From: Phoronis australis | Lineage: Eukaryota > Animalia > Phoronida | Reading direction: 5' to 3' | Assembly: GCA_002633005.1 (NCBI GenBank) | Contig: NMRA01000208.1 | Span: 633,311 to 697,310 of the forward strand | DNA: 64,000 nucleotides | Part shown: positions 36,652-54,085 of the stretch, piece after piece | Position numbering within the stretch: the first letter of the stretch is position 1 | Layout of the letters: each line of letters begins with the position of its first letter | Made by a program: the position numbers and the translations under genes | The notes under the pieces: model-generated | What the model saw: the letters and a program-made list of their open reading frames with translations, nothing else | What the model was told of the DNA's origin: nothing | Databases searched by the model: none

Positions 36652-37041
36652 TTCCACAGAATAACTGAAACAAAATAAACCATGTTTCCTCGAAGTTTCA
36701 GAATATGAAAGCAAAATTGCGGTTGTGTTTTGACACTTTTAGTTCAGCCTGTGCTCAAGTCGGACGCTGAGACTCCGACCACCGTCTTCTCTTGAATTGT
36801 CTGACAAGTTTTAAATTTTTTAGGCCATAGAGTTCAGCGATTCGGAATGAGTGCCATGTTGATTTACTGTACCTTTCAGACATTTCAACGAGCTCAATTT
36901 GTAGTGGGAAACGCGCAAATGGTGTCGTTATGTGATCCGTACGTGCCTCCAACACCAAACACATCCAGTTCATTATCTAATCAAAATATTGCTATGTAAC
37001 TCTGGAGCAAAATTTGAAAACTTTTTTCTAAGTCTGTTACT

Positions 37042-37317
37042 TATGGGCGCACCCATGGGGGAGGGCTCGAACGAGCCCCCCAATTTGGCGAATTGGGCAA
37101 AAAGGGTCCGCCTCAGTGAAACAAAAGTCCCGAGTAAACGAGACAAAAGTCAAAAAAATCCCACGAGAAGTCGGCGCGGATGCACACAATTCGTGGGCCT
37201 GAACCTAGTGACCCCGTTTCTGTATTTTTTTAGTCTTCGTTGATTTCTTTCACTAAAAGGTAAGCACACTGAAAAATTCGAGCTCCCCCCCTGTACTTAA
37301 GGCTGGGTGCGCGCATG
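37042..37317. mobile_element. GC-rich MITE family C (copies at 45802-46037 and 46296-46532)
   Basis: Termini atgggcgcaccca / tgggtgcgcgcatg and a shared interior gaacgagccccccaatttggcgaa. Confidence 0.8.
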
Positions 37318-39857
37318 CTACTGGGTAAGCGTGACGTAAGCTTTAGACTTACATGGTAACTGTGGGTAAAAATCACCCTCAAAACCATAATATCCAACCT
37401 GTGATATACGGAGTATGAGTTTTTAGTTCAATCTTGCTTTTATCATCAAAGTGGGACACCAATGACGCATTAGTAGGTCACGTGACAGAACGAGGATTGG
37501 TTGAAATCACCAAAAACATGTTGTTTGGTATCCTTTCAAAGGATTCAGAAAACAATCCTACAGTCTCATAACAGTACACAAGGCCTTAGAGTTCGCCTCG
37601 ACCACCTGGGTTCTGTTTCATCAAAGATCCAAAATACGGTCGTAGGTACGGTCGTGGGCAGCTTACTACGAAATTGATGCAGCATTTTTTGCAAAAGCGA
37701 AACTGCCAATGAGGTAAACGCGATCGGAGTTACACATTCAAATTAAAAGAACGCTTTAATAAATGATAACACAGAACGCCAAAAAGCCGAAAATTCAATC
37801 GTTGTTTCCCGACATTGACTAATTTGTAAAATATTTTGAATTTCACATTTTTGCAGAGGGCCCCATTTTTTTCCTAATTTGTAGTAGACAAAGACCAAAA
37901 TACAAAAACGAATTAAAAGAAAAATAAATTACAAATTGAAACTGTGCCGAGTTGTTTGTAAATAAAAAGTTAAGGCTATGCTGGGCCTTATTGACAAGTA
38001 TGCGAATTGCCAAATATTTGCAAAATTACAGAATTTAACTGTGAGTAAACGTATATAATTTCTGATTGATTTTTCACTCTAGTCTGCCATCAAATGGGTC
38101 ACGTGACCGTGTCCTTTTATTGAACTTGAACAAAAAAGTTACATTCACTGCAAAACAAGTTATGATCAAACTTTACTTGATGTCAATGTTCAAAATGAGA
38201 TTTTATCTTGAAAACGCTGCTACAGTTTTCTAACCGTACCATTGTTTGTCGTTTTATACAACTTATTGATTAAGGTTTATTTTGTGAAAATCATAATTAA
38301 GTCTTATTTTTGATAGCCCCCCCTCCCCGCCTCAACCAAAAGTGGAATATTAACAATTGCTAACAGCGATTTAGAGAATATTAACGAGTCAATATACCAC
38401 CTGACCCACAACAAATTGCAACAAAAGGTTTTACAGTGGTTTTATGCTCTACTGGGTATCCTTATTAACAGGAAAAAGTCTACCAAAATCTGACCACCGG
38501 AAATGGGTTAAAACTGCGTCATTTCCAAGATGGCCGTCACGACGTTTCGAAATCACCAAAAATAGATATAACTTCTTCAATAATTGAGATAGAGACATAA
38601 TTTTTGGTTCTAGTCTATGGTTTTAAGGGGTGATCAACTCGCTGGTGTGGTTAAAACTAAGATATGATTAGTATTTGATATGAAATTCAAGATGACGGCT
38701 AAAATTCAAGAAACACGTGATTTGTCCTTCATTAATTATAACGAAAGTATGATTAGGTATGACTGGTTTCTGATTGAATGATCTTAAACTGTTCTGGTCA
38801 AGGTCAGTAATCTCAAGGGGCCCATGCTACTTAACGAAGATCCCTAAAACGAGTCTTTCGGCTTCAAAACCGGCTGTGCCTCTTTGACATCACGATTAGG
38901 TTCACAACGGAATAAACATTTGTAACTTTGAAATATACCATGCATAGCCCATTATATTAGTTAAAGTTTAGGACTTTACATAGAAATTTAGAAAGACTCT
39001 GTGATACTGTTATATGTCGAGTGTGTTACTGAAAACAAGTGACATTGGAACACATTGATACGATGGTTATGTTACTAAAGAAACAGAGACAATGGAATTA
39101 TGAAACCCTGTTGCATATTTGTCATCACATGGGAATGAGAAAAACGGGGACAATTGGAATGAAAAGTGACTCATCCTGATAAAAAGCGGGACATCTAAGT
39201 CTTTGCCAAAACGCAAGGTTGAAATGTTCGCATAAGAACGTCTCGACAGCGGCACTTTTTACTTTTTAGTAGAATGGGCGATTCCGTGTACCGCAAAAAC
39301 ATAGAACTTGTCGTTTTTCTGTTTATTCGAACGCAAAAGCAAGGTTGTGTTGCATGGGAAATCAAAATAGTAAGTGAAATGTAAATTTTGCCGTTCGTCA
39401 AAAATGGAATATTTGATGGTGATGCTAAATGGCGAGAAAAATCAGAAGGTGGCGCTGTCCACTGAGAGCGGTGCCTTTGGCAAGCATACTACACGCTGTT
39501 GTAACGCAAAGAAGTATTGGATTGGGTTCTTTTACAAAAACTTTTCATGTTTTGTACTTTATTTTATGGGTATTAGGTAAATTCTTCAGGTGACATTAGA
39601 AATCAAGTCAAAATTAAAATTGGGCATCTAGTAACCACTGTAAAAAGAATTATTAAAGAAACAACAAAAGACAACAATTAGGCTTAGATGGACACACTTA
39701 GCTACGCAAATAAACGCTGCAGTAGTTTTTCGAATGTTATACAAACACACCATTCACTTAATATTGCAGAACAATCAATCACAAGGAAAATGTCATTTCC
39801 TTCCCTACAATACTGTGGCATGATTATAACCACCAAAATGTCCTACTGAAAAACTCC

Positions 39858-40302
39858 TACCGGGAATTTCCGTAGATAAGCCCATGGGCGTGTATTCGGA
39901 AAATGAACATTTTCAGGCATTTTAACAGCACCAAATAAACGCCCGGGCGTTTATTCGGAAAAGGGGGCGTGTAAAAGGAAAACCGCAGTTTTGCTTGACT
40001 TGAGACTCTTTCACTTAAAACTGCGTTTTTAAATTTTATGTTAATATATGCCTAGTTCGCCAACACCTTGTTCGGTTTTTATACATGATGATTGCTCCAC
40101 AAAACTGAATTTGTGGTAAAAAGTTGACGCATAGTGGACTTTTAAGAGGAAAGTTTCCAAATAAACGTCCCACTGTCTGTACACTTGACACCTTAAGTTG
40201 TAACACCAAATAAACGCCCATGGGCGTGTATGTGGCATAATTTTCCGAATAAACGCCCATGGGCCTTCCATTGGGTGGGCTTATCTGCGGAAAACCCCGG
40301 TA
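39858..40302. mobile_element. pogo/Tigger-like MITE
   Basis: TACCGggaatttccgtagataagccca ... tgggcttatctgcggaaaaccCCGGTA termini, with internal ataaacgcccatgggcgt repeats. Confidence 0.8.
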
Positions 40303-41223
40303 ACATGTTGCTTGATAAGTTATCGAAAGTGGCGCTAAGGCTATCAGGCCACACTATTCCCGATGCAGCCAGGGCCACGGGTCGGTGCGTATAAAGAATG
40401 ACCATACAGTTGGTTGACCAGACTATCCCTAGGTTAGTCATGTTTCAGTTACGTTTAAGTCACATTTTAGGGCGGGAAATCTCGGTGTTTCAAGGTCTAA
40501 CATTAGAACGTATGGTCACGCGTGGAAGTTGCCACTTCATTCGTAGCTATATGCATAATGGTACTGAAAACTAAAAAACGTAAACGAACTGCAGAAACAA
40601 TTAATCTTCTTCCCAAATCAATGAAAAGTACTTTTATTTTGGTTTCCAAAAATAATTCTTTTTCGAATATGTCTTTAGGATTTAAACCAATAATCTTGTT
40701 CCAAAATGATAAACAACGCAGCTTTTGTCAGTTAAATTGTGCGTACATTTTGGGGCACCCTCTGCATAATTGTTCGATTAGTACGAGTCCAGTTTTAAAA
40801 TTGAGAACTAGATTTGGTTGGTTTACAACTGACACGCCATGACAACACTGCCAGTGGTGATAATTGCAATTTAATTGTTGCATATTAATTCAGTATTGCC
40901 GTTACTGTGTTGCTGTTGTTGTCTATATGAGGTTTAATTTTCTTGTTTGTGGTTCATATCAGTGTTGTCTCATTTGAATGTGCCTTCCTACAACTAATCG
41001 GGACCTAGTATTAGTGGTAGTAGGCTTAATACGGTTGGTGATAGTGTTAGGGATAACTGTAGGAGGGAGGCCTTATTCAAGTCTGTCTTGTTGGTTATCT
41101 TGAACGCTCTAGCTTTGTTTAAACCCAAGATGAACAAGCGCATTATTAATGATTAGGATATTTTATATTAAAAGTCATGAAAAATAGTCTGTAAACTCTA
41201 AGCCTTTTGGGATTGAATACGTG

Positions 41224-42231
41224 TCAATCCATTGGCGGAGGTCCACTGAAGCAGCAAAGGAGCCGGCAGCCTTTTCTCTTTGGGCGTTTGCAACGGAACC
41301 TCTTTTTCAGCCTTTGCAAAAATCCTTCTCGTTGACTGATCTCAGATTTTTCAGCCTCGCTCTCAGGTTTTGGAAGGTTGCATGGTATAACTTCTTCGAT
41401 CTCATCCTGTAGTCGATCCTCGTTTGAAAGGTGCCACGCAGGAACGGTTACACTACTGAATTGGGGGATTTTTAGGCCTATTTTGACACCTTCAAATAAG
41501 AATGACACATACTGCTTGCCAGTTACACCCTTGAAGTTAGAAAAACTGAAGCATTCCGCTTGCATCATTGAAATTGTATTTCCGGTGTCTGACTTGGCGT
41601 GGTCGTGAGTGTATTCTATTCCTGATCCACGGCTCAATTCCCTAACACTTCTTTCGTCTTCACTTTCTTCATTATTTACTTCCATCTTCATCCGCTCGTG
41701 CTGAATCAGCTCAACTGCCTGCAAAAGTACCATTTCTACGAAGACGTCAACGACAGCCTGCTCGACCGCGGCGTCCACAAACACTTCTATCTCATCTTTC
41801 TCCTCGAAGCTATTATCAGAGGCTGAACCTGTAGTTATGCTGTGATGTCTCGTAGACAACACCTCTGACTGGGGCATTCCGGCGAGGTCTTGTGTGACTT
41901 CCGCCTCTGACTCTTTGGTGCACCGTGTGCTTTTCTTGCTTACGCTCTCATTTTTGTTATGCTCCACGGCCTCCGAAATTACAGCCTCAACATACACCTC
42001 AACTGCGGCATTCTCTATGACATCATCGACAAATGATTCCACTGCGTCTTTTTCCCCGAGGTTTAGCTCAGGGGTTAGACATTTTCTTTGCGGTGTCGCC
42101 GTCTCCGGTGTGGCTTTAGCTACGCATACTGACAGCAAGTGACAAATGCATATGTTTACAAGGGCACCCATCATAGCCACTGCTGTTGTACTAGTAATAA
42201 TTTTCAAAATCTCTTCTCTAAATTCATCCAT
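41224..42231 (-). CDS. Intronless 335-aa acidic protein with duplicated amphipathic (AKAP-like) helices, an N-terminal hydrophobic segment and a basic/Cys C-terminus
   Basis: Longest ORF in the window, ATG-initiated and uninterrupted. Internal repeat EKDAVESFVDDVIENAAVEVYVEAVISEAVE / EKDEIEVFVDAAVEQAVVDVFVEMVLLQAVE. No gene family recognised. Confidence 0.7.
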   Translation of the reverse strand: MDEFREEILKIITSTTAVAMMGALVNICICHLLSVCVAKATPETATPQRKCLTPELNLGEKDAVESFVDDVIENAAVEVYVEAVISEAVEHNKNESVSKKSTRCTKESEAEVTQDLAGMPQSEVLSTRHHSITTGSASDNSFEEKDEIEVFVDAAVEQAVVDVFVEMVLLQAVELIQHERMKMEVNNEESEDERSVRELSRGSGIEYTHDHAKSDTGNTISMMQAECFSFSNFKGVTGKQYVSFLFEGVKIGLKIPQFSSVTVPAWHLSNEDRLQDEIEEVIPCNLPKPESEAEKSEISQREGFLQRLKKRFRCKRPKRKGCRLLCCFSGPPPMD

Positions 42232-45200
42232 GCTGCTATCTCCTTCGATAACTGAACTGAAACAACGTCAACTACTATGACGTACGCAGAGTATCAATCA
42301 CGTCATCGTTAGCGCATCGTCTGTCTTGTTTTAGTCAGAATAATAATAACGCAAAGATGCTCACATAGCAGTGTGCAAGATTGTAAGCCAATAAAATTCC
42401 GCAGTAGGGCTGACGCGTACATAGATCAGGAGAACCGTCGAATTCCCTGTTCGATTGCGACAGGACATCGTTCATTTAATGCAAAAATATTTTGTAATGG
42501 TCTCGCAGCGCTTTAACCAGTTAATTATGACAACCATAAAAAAATTGGCGGTGGACATTTCGGGTTAGGTTAGGTATCAATATTCCTTTCATAAGCACCT
42601 ATTGAACTAGTAGCATGTACGTGATGCAAATATCGTCACTGGGATGCCATGACATTTCACAAAAATGTGCTAAACTAATTGCTCCAACTACGTTTCCGAA
42701 AGTTACAAAGGCTTCTGGTAGATAGAAATAGGCAAACATCTATTGCTTAGCTTTGAAATATACTTACAGGATAGTAGAAATTAATTACATTTCTTCATAA
42801 AGTAAAAATTATGTATACTGATACATGTAGTGTTGTCATCGTAAACAAAAGACAGTGGGATACATTTTTACGATTGTTATGTTACTAAATAAAGTAGATT
42901 GGAAAAATAACAACATTTGTAACAGAGACAATTGTTGAAACATCTGTTGCCAACATTCGAAAATGAAAAACGGGACAACTAGATTGAAAAGCGGACTCTC
43001 GGAGAAAAAGCGGGCCTACGAAAAGCGGATATGCCAAAACGCAAGGATGTAATGTTCGCACAAAATGTACCGATATTTGTTTTTGTGGAACGGAACATCA
43101 CGAATGCCGTAACAGCACCCAAAAGCACTGAGTGTTGGGCTATAATCAAACTGGAAATTGCAATTCAGTGTCGCGAAAACCATAAAAAATCCCTTTTTAT
43201 CAAATATTGGAACAGTTACGCTGAGAGCGAAACAATTGGAAAATACAATGTGTGTAAATACCCCAGTTGGAATTTAAAAAAATTCCTTAGCCGTACAAAA
43301 AGTACTAATAGGTGCACAACCGTGGACGCTAAATAAGATTTTCCTACAAGACCCAGTTATTTATCTTCAGTATTTATTTTGAAGCACGAAACTGACACGG
43401 CTCCCGTTGGCGGACTTTCACCAATATCTTCTAACCGGTGGGCAAATTAATTCTTGCCTCACACCAATGTCTTCGAAGGACAGCTTATACTGCCGTGTCC
43501 AAGCTTTGTAATTCACAGTAGAAACACACATCCCTGCCGTCTGCCTGGAACACATTGGACGGATGTAAAACTCGAGCCCGTTACCGTGGACAATATCAAA
43601 TCCTGCTACAAGACCCCAAACGTGCTGCGTGTTAGAGGCCTCTGCCTCGCCTCCATTCACTTCCTCTTGTCACTTTAGATGGGGCATTGGCTTCATGAGC
43701 AGTGGCGGATCTAGGATATCATAAAGGGGGCCTCGGGGAATTGGGTAAAGGTGGCCCCGAAAGTTGCCGGGACCGGGGATGTGGACCTCCTGTTCCGAAA
43801 ACCAACCCGTCGGTGGACTTAAAAAAAAGAAAAGGGGACACGATCCTGGGGTCTGAGCCGCCCCCCCCCTCATCCGCTGCCACTCCTAGTTCCTGAACTC
43901 AATTTTTCGTCACGCTTCACGCTGTTGTCGTTTCATTTTCCTTACGGCAGCCAAGGGGGAGGGCCGCCCCCCCCTAAATCTGCCTATGCAAAGTTAAATA
44001 ATTTGATTTTAATATAACATGTCCACAAGGGCAAGTAAAAAACCATCAACTACTTCCGGTATAATATTATTGCACAAACATAACACAATGGTCATATAAT
44101 ATTAACAACTGAGTATTTAAGAAAACGACAACAATTATCTCTAGAGAATGTAGGTTACCTGGTTACCTGGGGTCAAAATGAATTGATCGAAATTAATCAT
44201 TAGCAACCCTGAATCAAGATAGTCATTCATTGAGGAAAGGCACAGACATATTAAGATTCGTCATTTTAACACACTCCCCAACGAAGTTGCGATCCTAAGA
44301 TGTTACACAGTATTAAGGAGGGTATATGCCACTAACCGTCACTCGATTCTAAGGTCCTGTAAACTAAATGCAGACATCATTATCAGCTGACAGTCAACAC
44401 AGAATATTGCAGGTTAACATATCTAATGGTACCATAGTTCCAAACAAAAATATTTTTCCAAACAAAAAACATTTCCAGTAGTGAACCCATCCTCTCAAAG
44501 CGTCTACAAACTTAATGCACAACAACCTTCATGGTATTCCAATACAAAATACAAGTTACAATGCAGTATTATAAAACGATGGATACAAATGATTCATACA
44601 GGATAACTGGGCAAAGGTGGCAACCATACATGTACAAAGTCAGCATAATTTAGTGGGCTAGAGCCATAAAATTATTCCAGCATTTCTAAGCCAATTTTGG
44701 CTGATTACTATCAAATTCTATTGATAAAACCTAATTAAAAAGGTATTTTGAACTTTGTCTTGACACAGATATTCATTTTATAAAAAGCTTTCATGCTGAA
44801 GATCAAAAAGGCACCTTTACACAACACTAAGCGATAAAAGAATAATTTAAAAACTCACAGTTTCATTATATAAATAAGTCTTAATACCCGTCAAACAAAA
44901 ATGCGTGAACTTGTAACATTTAAAAAACTTGTTTAATTCAGAATGACAGACCTCTCCCAGAAGGGTTGATGAATTTCACTGCTTATTTACTTTGTGCATT
45001 TCAACCCACACCTGGGCTGGACCAGGGGGAGGGCTTCAATCACATCTCAAACAGGTGTGAGCAGCTGGAGAATATAGCCCCATACCCAAATACCACACCA
45101 CCACTATGATTCTGTGCTATTTACCCACAATTCAGCTCGGCTCCTGCATATGTATGACATCACACCAGGGTTCACTTCCACCATGTTAATCACAATCTTA

Positions 45201-45633
45201 TGTCAAAACTATATTGTCATTCAAATTAAAATTAAATTTTACTTGTGCACAGTGAGCTGCATGTGTGATTACTCTTTGCTTGTGCTCAGAAATGTGTTTC
45301 AAACCCAATTCCAATCATACCCACAAAAATATTTGGGATGTGACACTTGAAATATTGGTAATTTAGCGGAAAATGAGATCAGACCTGTTTTGTTCAAAAA
45401 GTGACCCTTTCCAGATCCATGTTCCTGCATACAGTCAATGGCAGACGCAGATCACAAGGGGTCTAGGTAATCTGCACCCACCTTTTGGAGACTTTTGTAC
45501 TGGCACCTGAATGTCTACCTCTGTCAGAGCTCTATCTAGTTACAATCCTGGAAGCAGCTTGTGGGTTGTGTGGTCACATCAGGTCATTGCTAAGCACACC
45601 TTTGATCTCAATACTGTGTGGTTACATCATGTC

Positions 45634-46620
45634 ATTGTCAGACCCCCTCTGGTCACAAGCCTGCCTGGAAGAGCTTGTATGTATTGTGGCCATATCAAGT
45701 TAATCCACTGAACTATGAAATGAAATCAAACCAAAAACTGATGAGACATCAACCCCACGATTCACTCACAAAGAACTAACGAACTTGGATGCAAGAAATA
45801 TCATGCGTGCACCCATGGGGGGGGGCTCGGGGGGCTTGAACGAGCCCCCCATTTGGCGAAGTGGGCAAACAAAAGAAACAAAAAGTCCGAGAAAATGAGA
45901 CAAAAGTCCACTAAACAGGCGTAGACGCACAGTGAAGGTGGTACCCTGTTTTTTTAGTCCTCCTGCTTTTTTGTCAGCAAAATGTCCACATCGCCAGAAA
46001 TTCAAGCTCCCCCATATTAAAGGCTGTTTGCGTGCATGAATATAATGGTCTTTTTGCAAAAGTAATGGATCTTTCTGGTGACACTGTCTTAAGACAATAA
46101 CAATGAAACAACAGAAGAGAAAACACNATTGTCAGACCCCCTCTGGTCACAAGCCTGCCTGGAAGAGCTTGTATGTATTGTGGCCATATCAAGTTAATCC
46201 ACTGAACTATGAAATGAAATCAAACCAAAAACTGATGAGACATCAACCCCACGATTCACTCACAAAGAACTAACGAACTTGGATGCAAGAAATATCATGC
46301 GTGCACCCATGGGGGGGGGCTCGGGGGGCTTGAACGAGCCCCCCATTTGGCGAAGTGGGCAAACAAAAGAAACAAAAAGTCCGAGAAAATGAGACAAAAG
46401 TCCACTAAACAGGCGTAGATGCACAGTGAAGGTGGTACCCTGTTTTTTTAGTCCTACTGCTTTTTTGTCAGCAAAATGTCCACATCGCCAGAAATTCAAG
46501 CTCCCCCATCTTAAAGGCTGTTTACGCGCATGAATATAATGGTCTTTTTGCAAAAGTAATGGATCTTTCTGGTGACACTGTCTTAAGACAATAACAATGA
46601 AACAACAGAAGAGAAAACAC
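45634..46620. repeat. Tandem 493-bp duplicate joined at N 46127
   Basis: 45634-46126 and 46128-46620 differ by a few SNPs; the N is at the junction. Confidence 0.95.
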
Positions 46621-46879
46621 TATGGCTTATAATAAATATTTACGGCCTTTGGTCAGCAGACACGGTGACTTTGATCTTGGCATGCTAGTACACTTTGGTA
46701 ACTCAATATTGTACACATTTTTAACACAACTTGCCAAACACATGAAAGACAAACTGAACACCAATGCTGGCAGACTCCATAAACAGTTCAACTGTCACCT
46801 GTCAAGAACCCGACCACCAGGGGGCATCATGCTGGACTTAACTAGATGAGTAAGACTTACAGATGACAGGAGCCCAGTG

Positions 46880-51093
<4,214 letters not shown>

Positions 51094-53962
51094 TTAATTA
51101 ATCTAAAATATTTCAAATGCACAAATATATGAGAAAACTATGCTTAACATCAAGAACAATATTGAAAATTTCACAACATTTTCATTTGATTCACCACGAA
51201 ATAAACTAAATTTCACTCCATACGCGCAGCACAATAGTATTTTTGAACTATGAATAGCCAAAATCTGCAAATGCCAACCAGCATTCTAAGGACATTCTTT
51301 AACTCAACGAATCCATGTTTGATATCAAGGCACTGCTGCAAGAATTAGTAGCTTGTCTTTTGAATCTGTGAGAAAGTTTGCCGAGAACAGAAGACATAAG
51401 AGAGTGATATAAGATTCTTTGGCATTAAATAATTGCTCTTTTGGCAACTTAACAAAGGCATTCATATACAAATAGCTGCAATGATGTTGGTCCAATTCCC
51501 AGTCCTACCAAGACCACATCAACTGAAATTGAGATTTCTTGCCGAATTGCCCAACATTCGAGTCCATGACCACGACTACGTCCACCATCTTGAATTATAT
51601 CTAATTAGGTATAATAAACAAACCGATTCACATGCGTTTTTCGATTTATTTGGACAGGAGAGCAAGTAAAAAACAATTTCAATAGATATCGACTGGATTG
51701 TCGAATGTTAGCAACTATGTCATTTTCAAGATTGTCACAAGTCCATTCTTCATGTTTCAAGTTTGGAGCGAATTGTAAAAATGTTGATGTCCGATGTTGT
51801 CGGCAACTTGTTGGTACTTTGTTGATTGAAAGGTTCGGCATCGTTCATTAATTGCACGGCATTTGCGCTTCATTGACTGGCCGTGTTATCACCACGGTCC
51901 GTATCTGTAGCTGAATTATTTCTCGTACCAGCATCTGAATCGATGTCTGTATCTGGAACATCTCTCGGTTTGTAAAATAATCCTCGAATTCTTTAGGTCT
52001 TTGCACGGCAGACGACATGATTAAGTATGCAGAATGCGCATGACAATAATGGCGGAAACCGCAGATCACACTGGCTGTGCAAAATCCCGGAATTACTCCC
52101 CCGGAAACACGCAAACTTCGGGGACAGACACAGTGAAGAGTTGTAACGGCTTGCCAGTTTTTCACAGGGTGCAATCATAAATATTGGATCACCCAAAGAA
52201 ACTCGTCGAAAGCGGGGTTTTTTGAGCTGCCGGTAACACCGCCTCCCGTTCAGTAATGCTAGGACCTCGCTAAAAAGCAAGACTTCGCGATATTACGTGA
52301 GATATTGCCGTGTATTTCAAATGAGAATGTGACTTTGGCTAGATTTTAACTAGGTCCTAGCGTAGGTCGCAGCAATACTGAACACACATCCGATCTGTGT
52401 CACGAGATGCGTGGAATATTGAAAAATGTACTTTTTGAACATTACATTTCTCATTTCTGAAATAACTGATGGCCTATTTCTTTGAGCAACTGCCGACCAG
52501 CTGTTAATATTGAGAAAGTGCATGTTATCATTTCAAGCTTTTTTAAATTTTGCCAACCGACACTTTCTTAATTCTGACTGCTGTGATCCAGTCGAACCCG
52601 TCCAAAATAACATTCTGACCGTCCAACAGACGGCTGCTGCGTAAATCCTTGCTTGGGAGTCCGATTATTTTACGCTTTGAAACGTACCTACAGTTGTATA
52701 TTTTAGCGAATAAACTCTTTTCAAGTGTATGACATGTGACTTCCGTGTGTAACGTGGAGTCGTATATAGCTCTTCTAAATTACAAACTCTGAACTGCAGT
52801 GTCTCGTGGTCTAGAGATTTAGAGCGAATAAACGTCATCTTATGACCAAGGTACGATACCCGGTGTCAGCAAAAAAGTTTTTTGAAGTTTTTGTGTAACA
52901 AATGTGTATTGAATGTAACAAAACTTGTGAACTTGCTGAATCAAATAATCATGGAGAGCGGAAAAAGGTTGGAAAATTAATAAACGTAAAGACCCGAATA
53001 AGCGTCGTATAGACCGGAAAACGAGTCTGAAAAAAATAATCGTATATAAGACTATTCGGAACTCGAGAGTACTGCAGATGAAGCACTGCCTCAGATGGTG
53101 CACAAGCTGTGGATCCAGAACACAATAAGATTGAGGCAGACGACAAATTCCAAGACACTAATGAGTGTTTGCTGAACCAGCTGAGGGCAAATTCAAGGTC
53201 CTTGAATTTCAAGGACATTAGCCAGGGTGTGTTGCAGAAATAGGTAATCACTGACTAAATCAGGAGGCGCACCTGCGCCGTAGGAAAGGGAGACTGTTAA
53301 AGACGTGCTTCCAGTGAATCGTAGAAAAATAAGCCACTTGGCAATGAGCAATTTCCTATTAGTCAAACAGTTTACAGGTTAACTGGTTCGATAACCATGT
53401 CAGCTGATCTCTGCTACATCGGGCACAGGCCAACGAGTTGAGCGTCACTCGCAGAACAATTAACTGATTTCAAGATTTAATTGAACTAGGGTAAACGCTG
53501 TAATAATAAGCACACCAGTATACAGACTTTCACCCCATGCTCCTGAATTTTTTTTGTTTAAAAAAACTTAAAAATCTGTTCATACTTACTTTGACAAATG
53601 AAACTTTGACAGTAACAAAACAAAAACATTCAACTTCTGTTTGTTGTTGTGTAATACGTCAGCACTTTTGCGGTCTCATACAACGTGAGATTTGAACGAG
53701 ATGTCAATAGTTAGGTGAAAAGATATGGTTGTAGTAAGAGAACATGTCCACGGTGCTCTTGCCCATGCAACATCCAACTAAGTTAAGGTATTTTTGCTGT
53801 GTAATGAAACGTCAAGTGACCTCACTGTTTCCAGTCAAGGTTGTCCCAATGTGTGTATTGTTCGACTACCGCAAAGCTTTCCCAGTTGCTGTGTTGCACT
53901 TGTGATTTTTTGTCATTGTACTGTTGTGAAAGTGCACTTCCGGTGAATCATATGAGCCTCTG

Positions 53963-54083
53963 GGCACTAGTCGGATTTAGCGGTCCCTTATTTAGAGAAC
54001 CAGGCAATCACTGAATAACGGGCCCGTTATTTAGTAGATGAACTGGTTCTCTAAATGAGGGACCGCTATATCCGATCAGTGCC
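53963..54083. mobile_element. 121-bp hairpin MITE, absent from the duplicated copy at ~61800
   Basis: The whole element is a near-perfect palindrome (ggcactagtcggat...ataacgggcccgttat...atccgatcagtgcc). Comparison with the empty site implies a gcctctg target duplication. Confidence 0.85.
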
Positions 54084-54085
54084 GC

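Noticed and set aside
43380-43660. Protein-like minus-strand ORF (GFDIVHGNGLEFYIRP...ELICPP)
   Set aside because: No family recognised, has a stop, and is truncated by a MITE. It may be a relic, but it is unsupported without a search.
45766-46553. Two near-identical 97-aa ORFs as tandem genes
   Set aside because: They are reading frames through MITE family C within an N-joined duplicate.
51848-52280. ORFs of 95-108 aa between MOSPD1 and ZRSR2
   Set aside because: The duplicate at 62400-62820 has frame-breaking indels, and there are no recognisable motifs.
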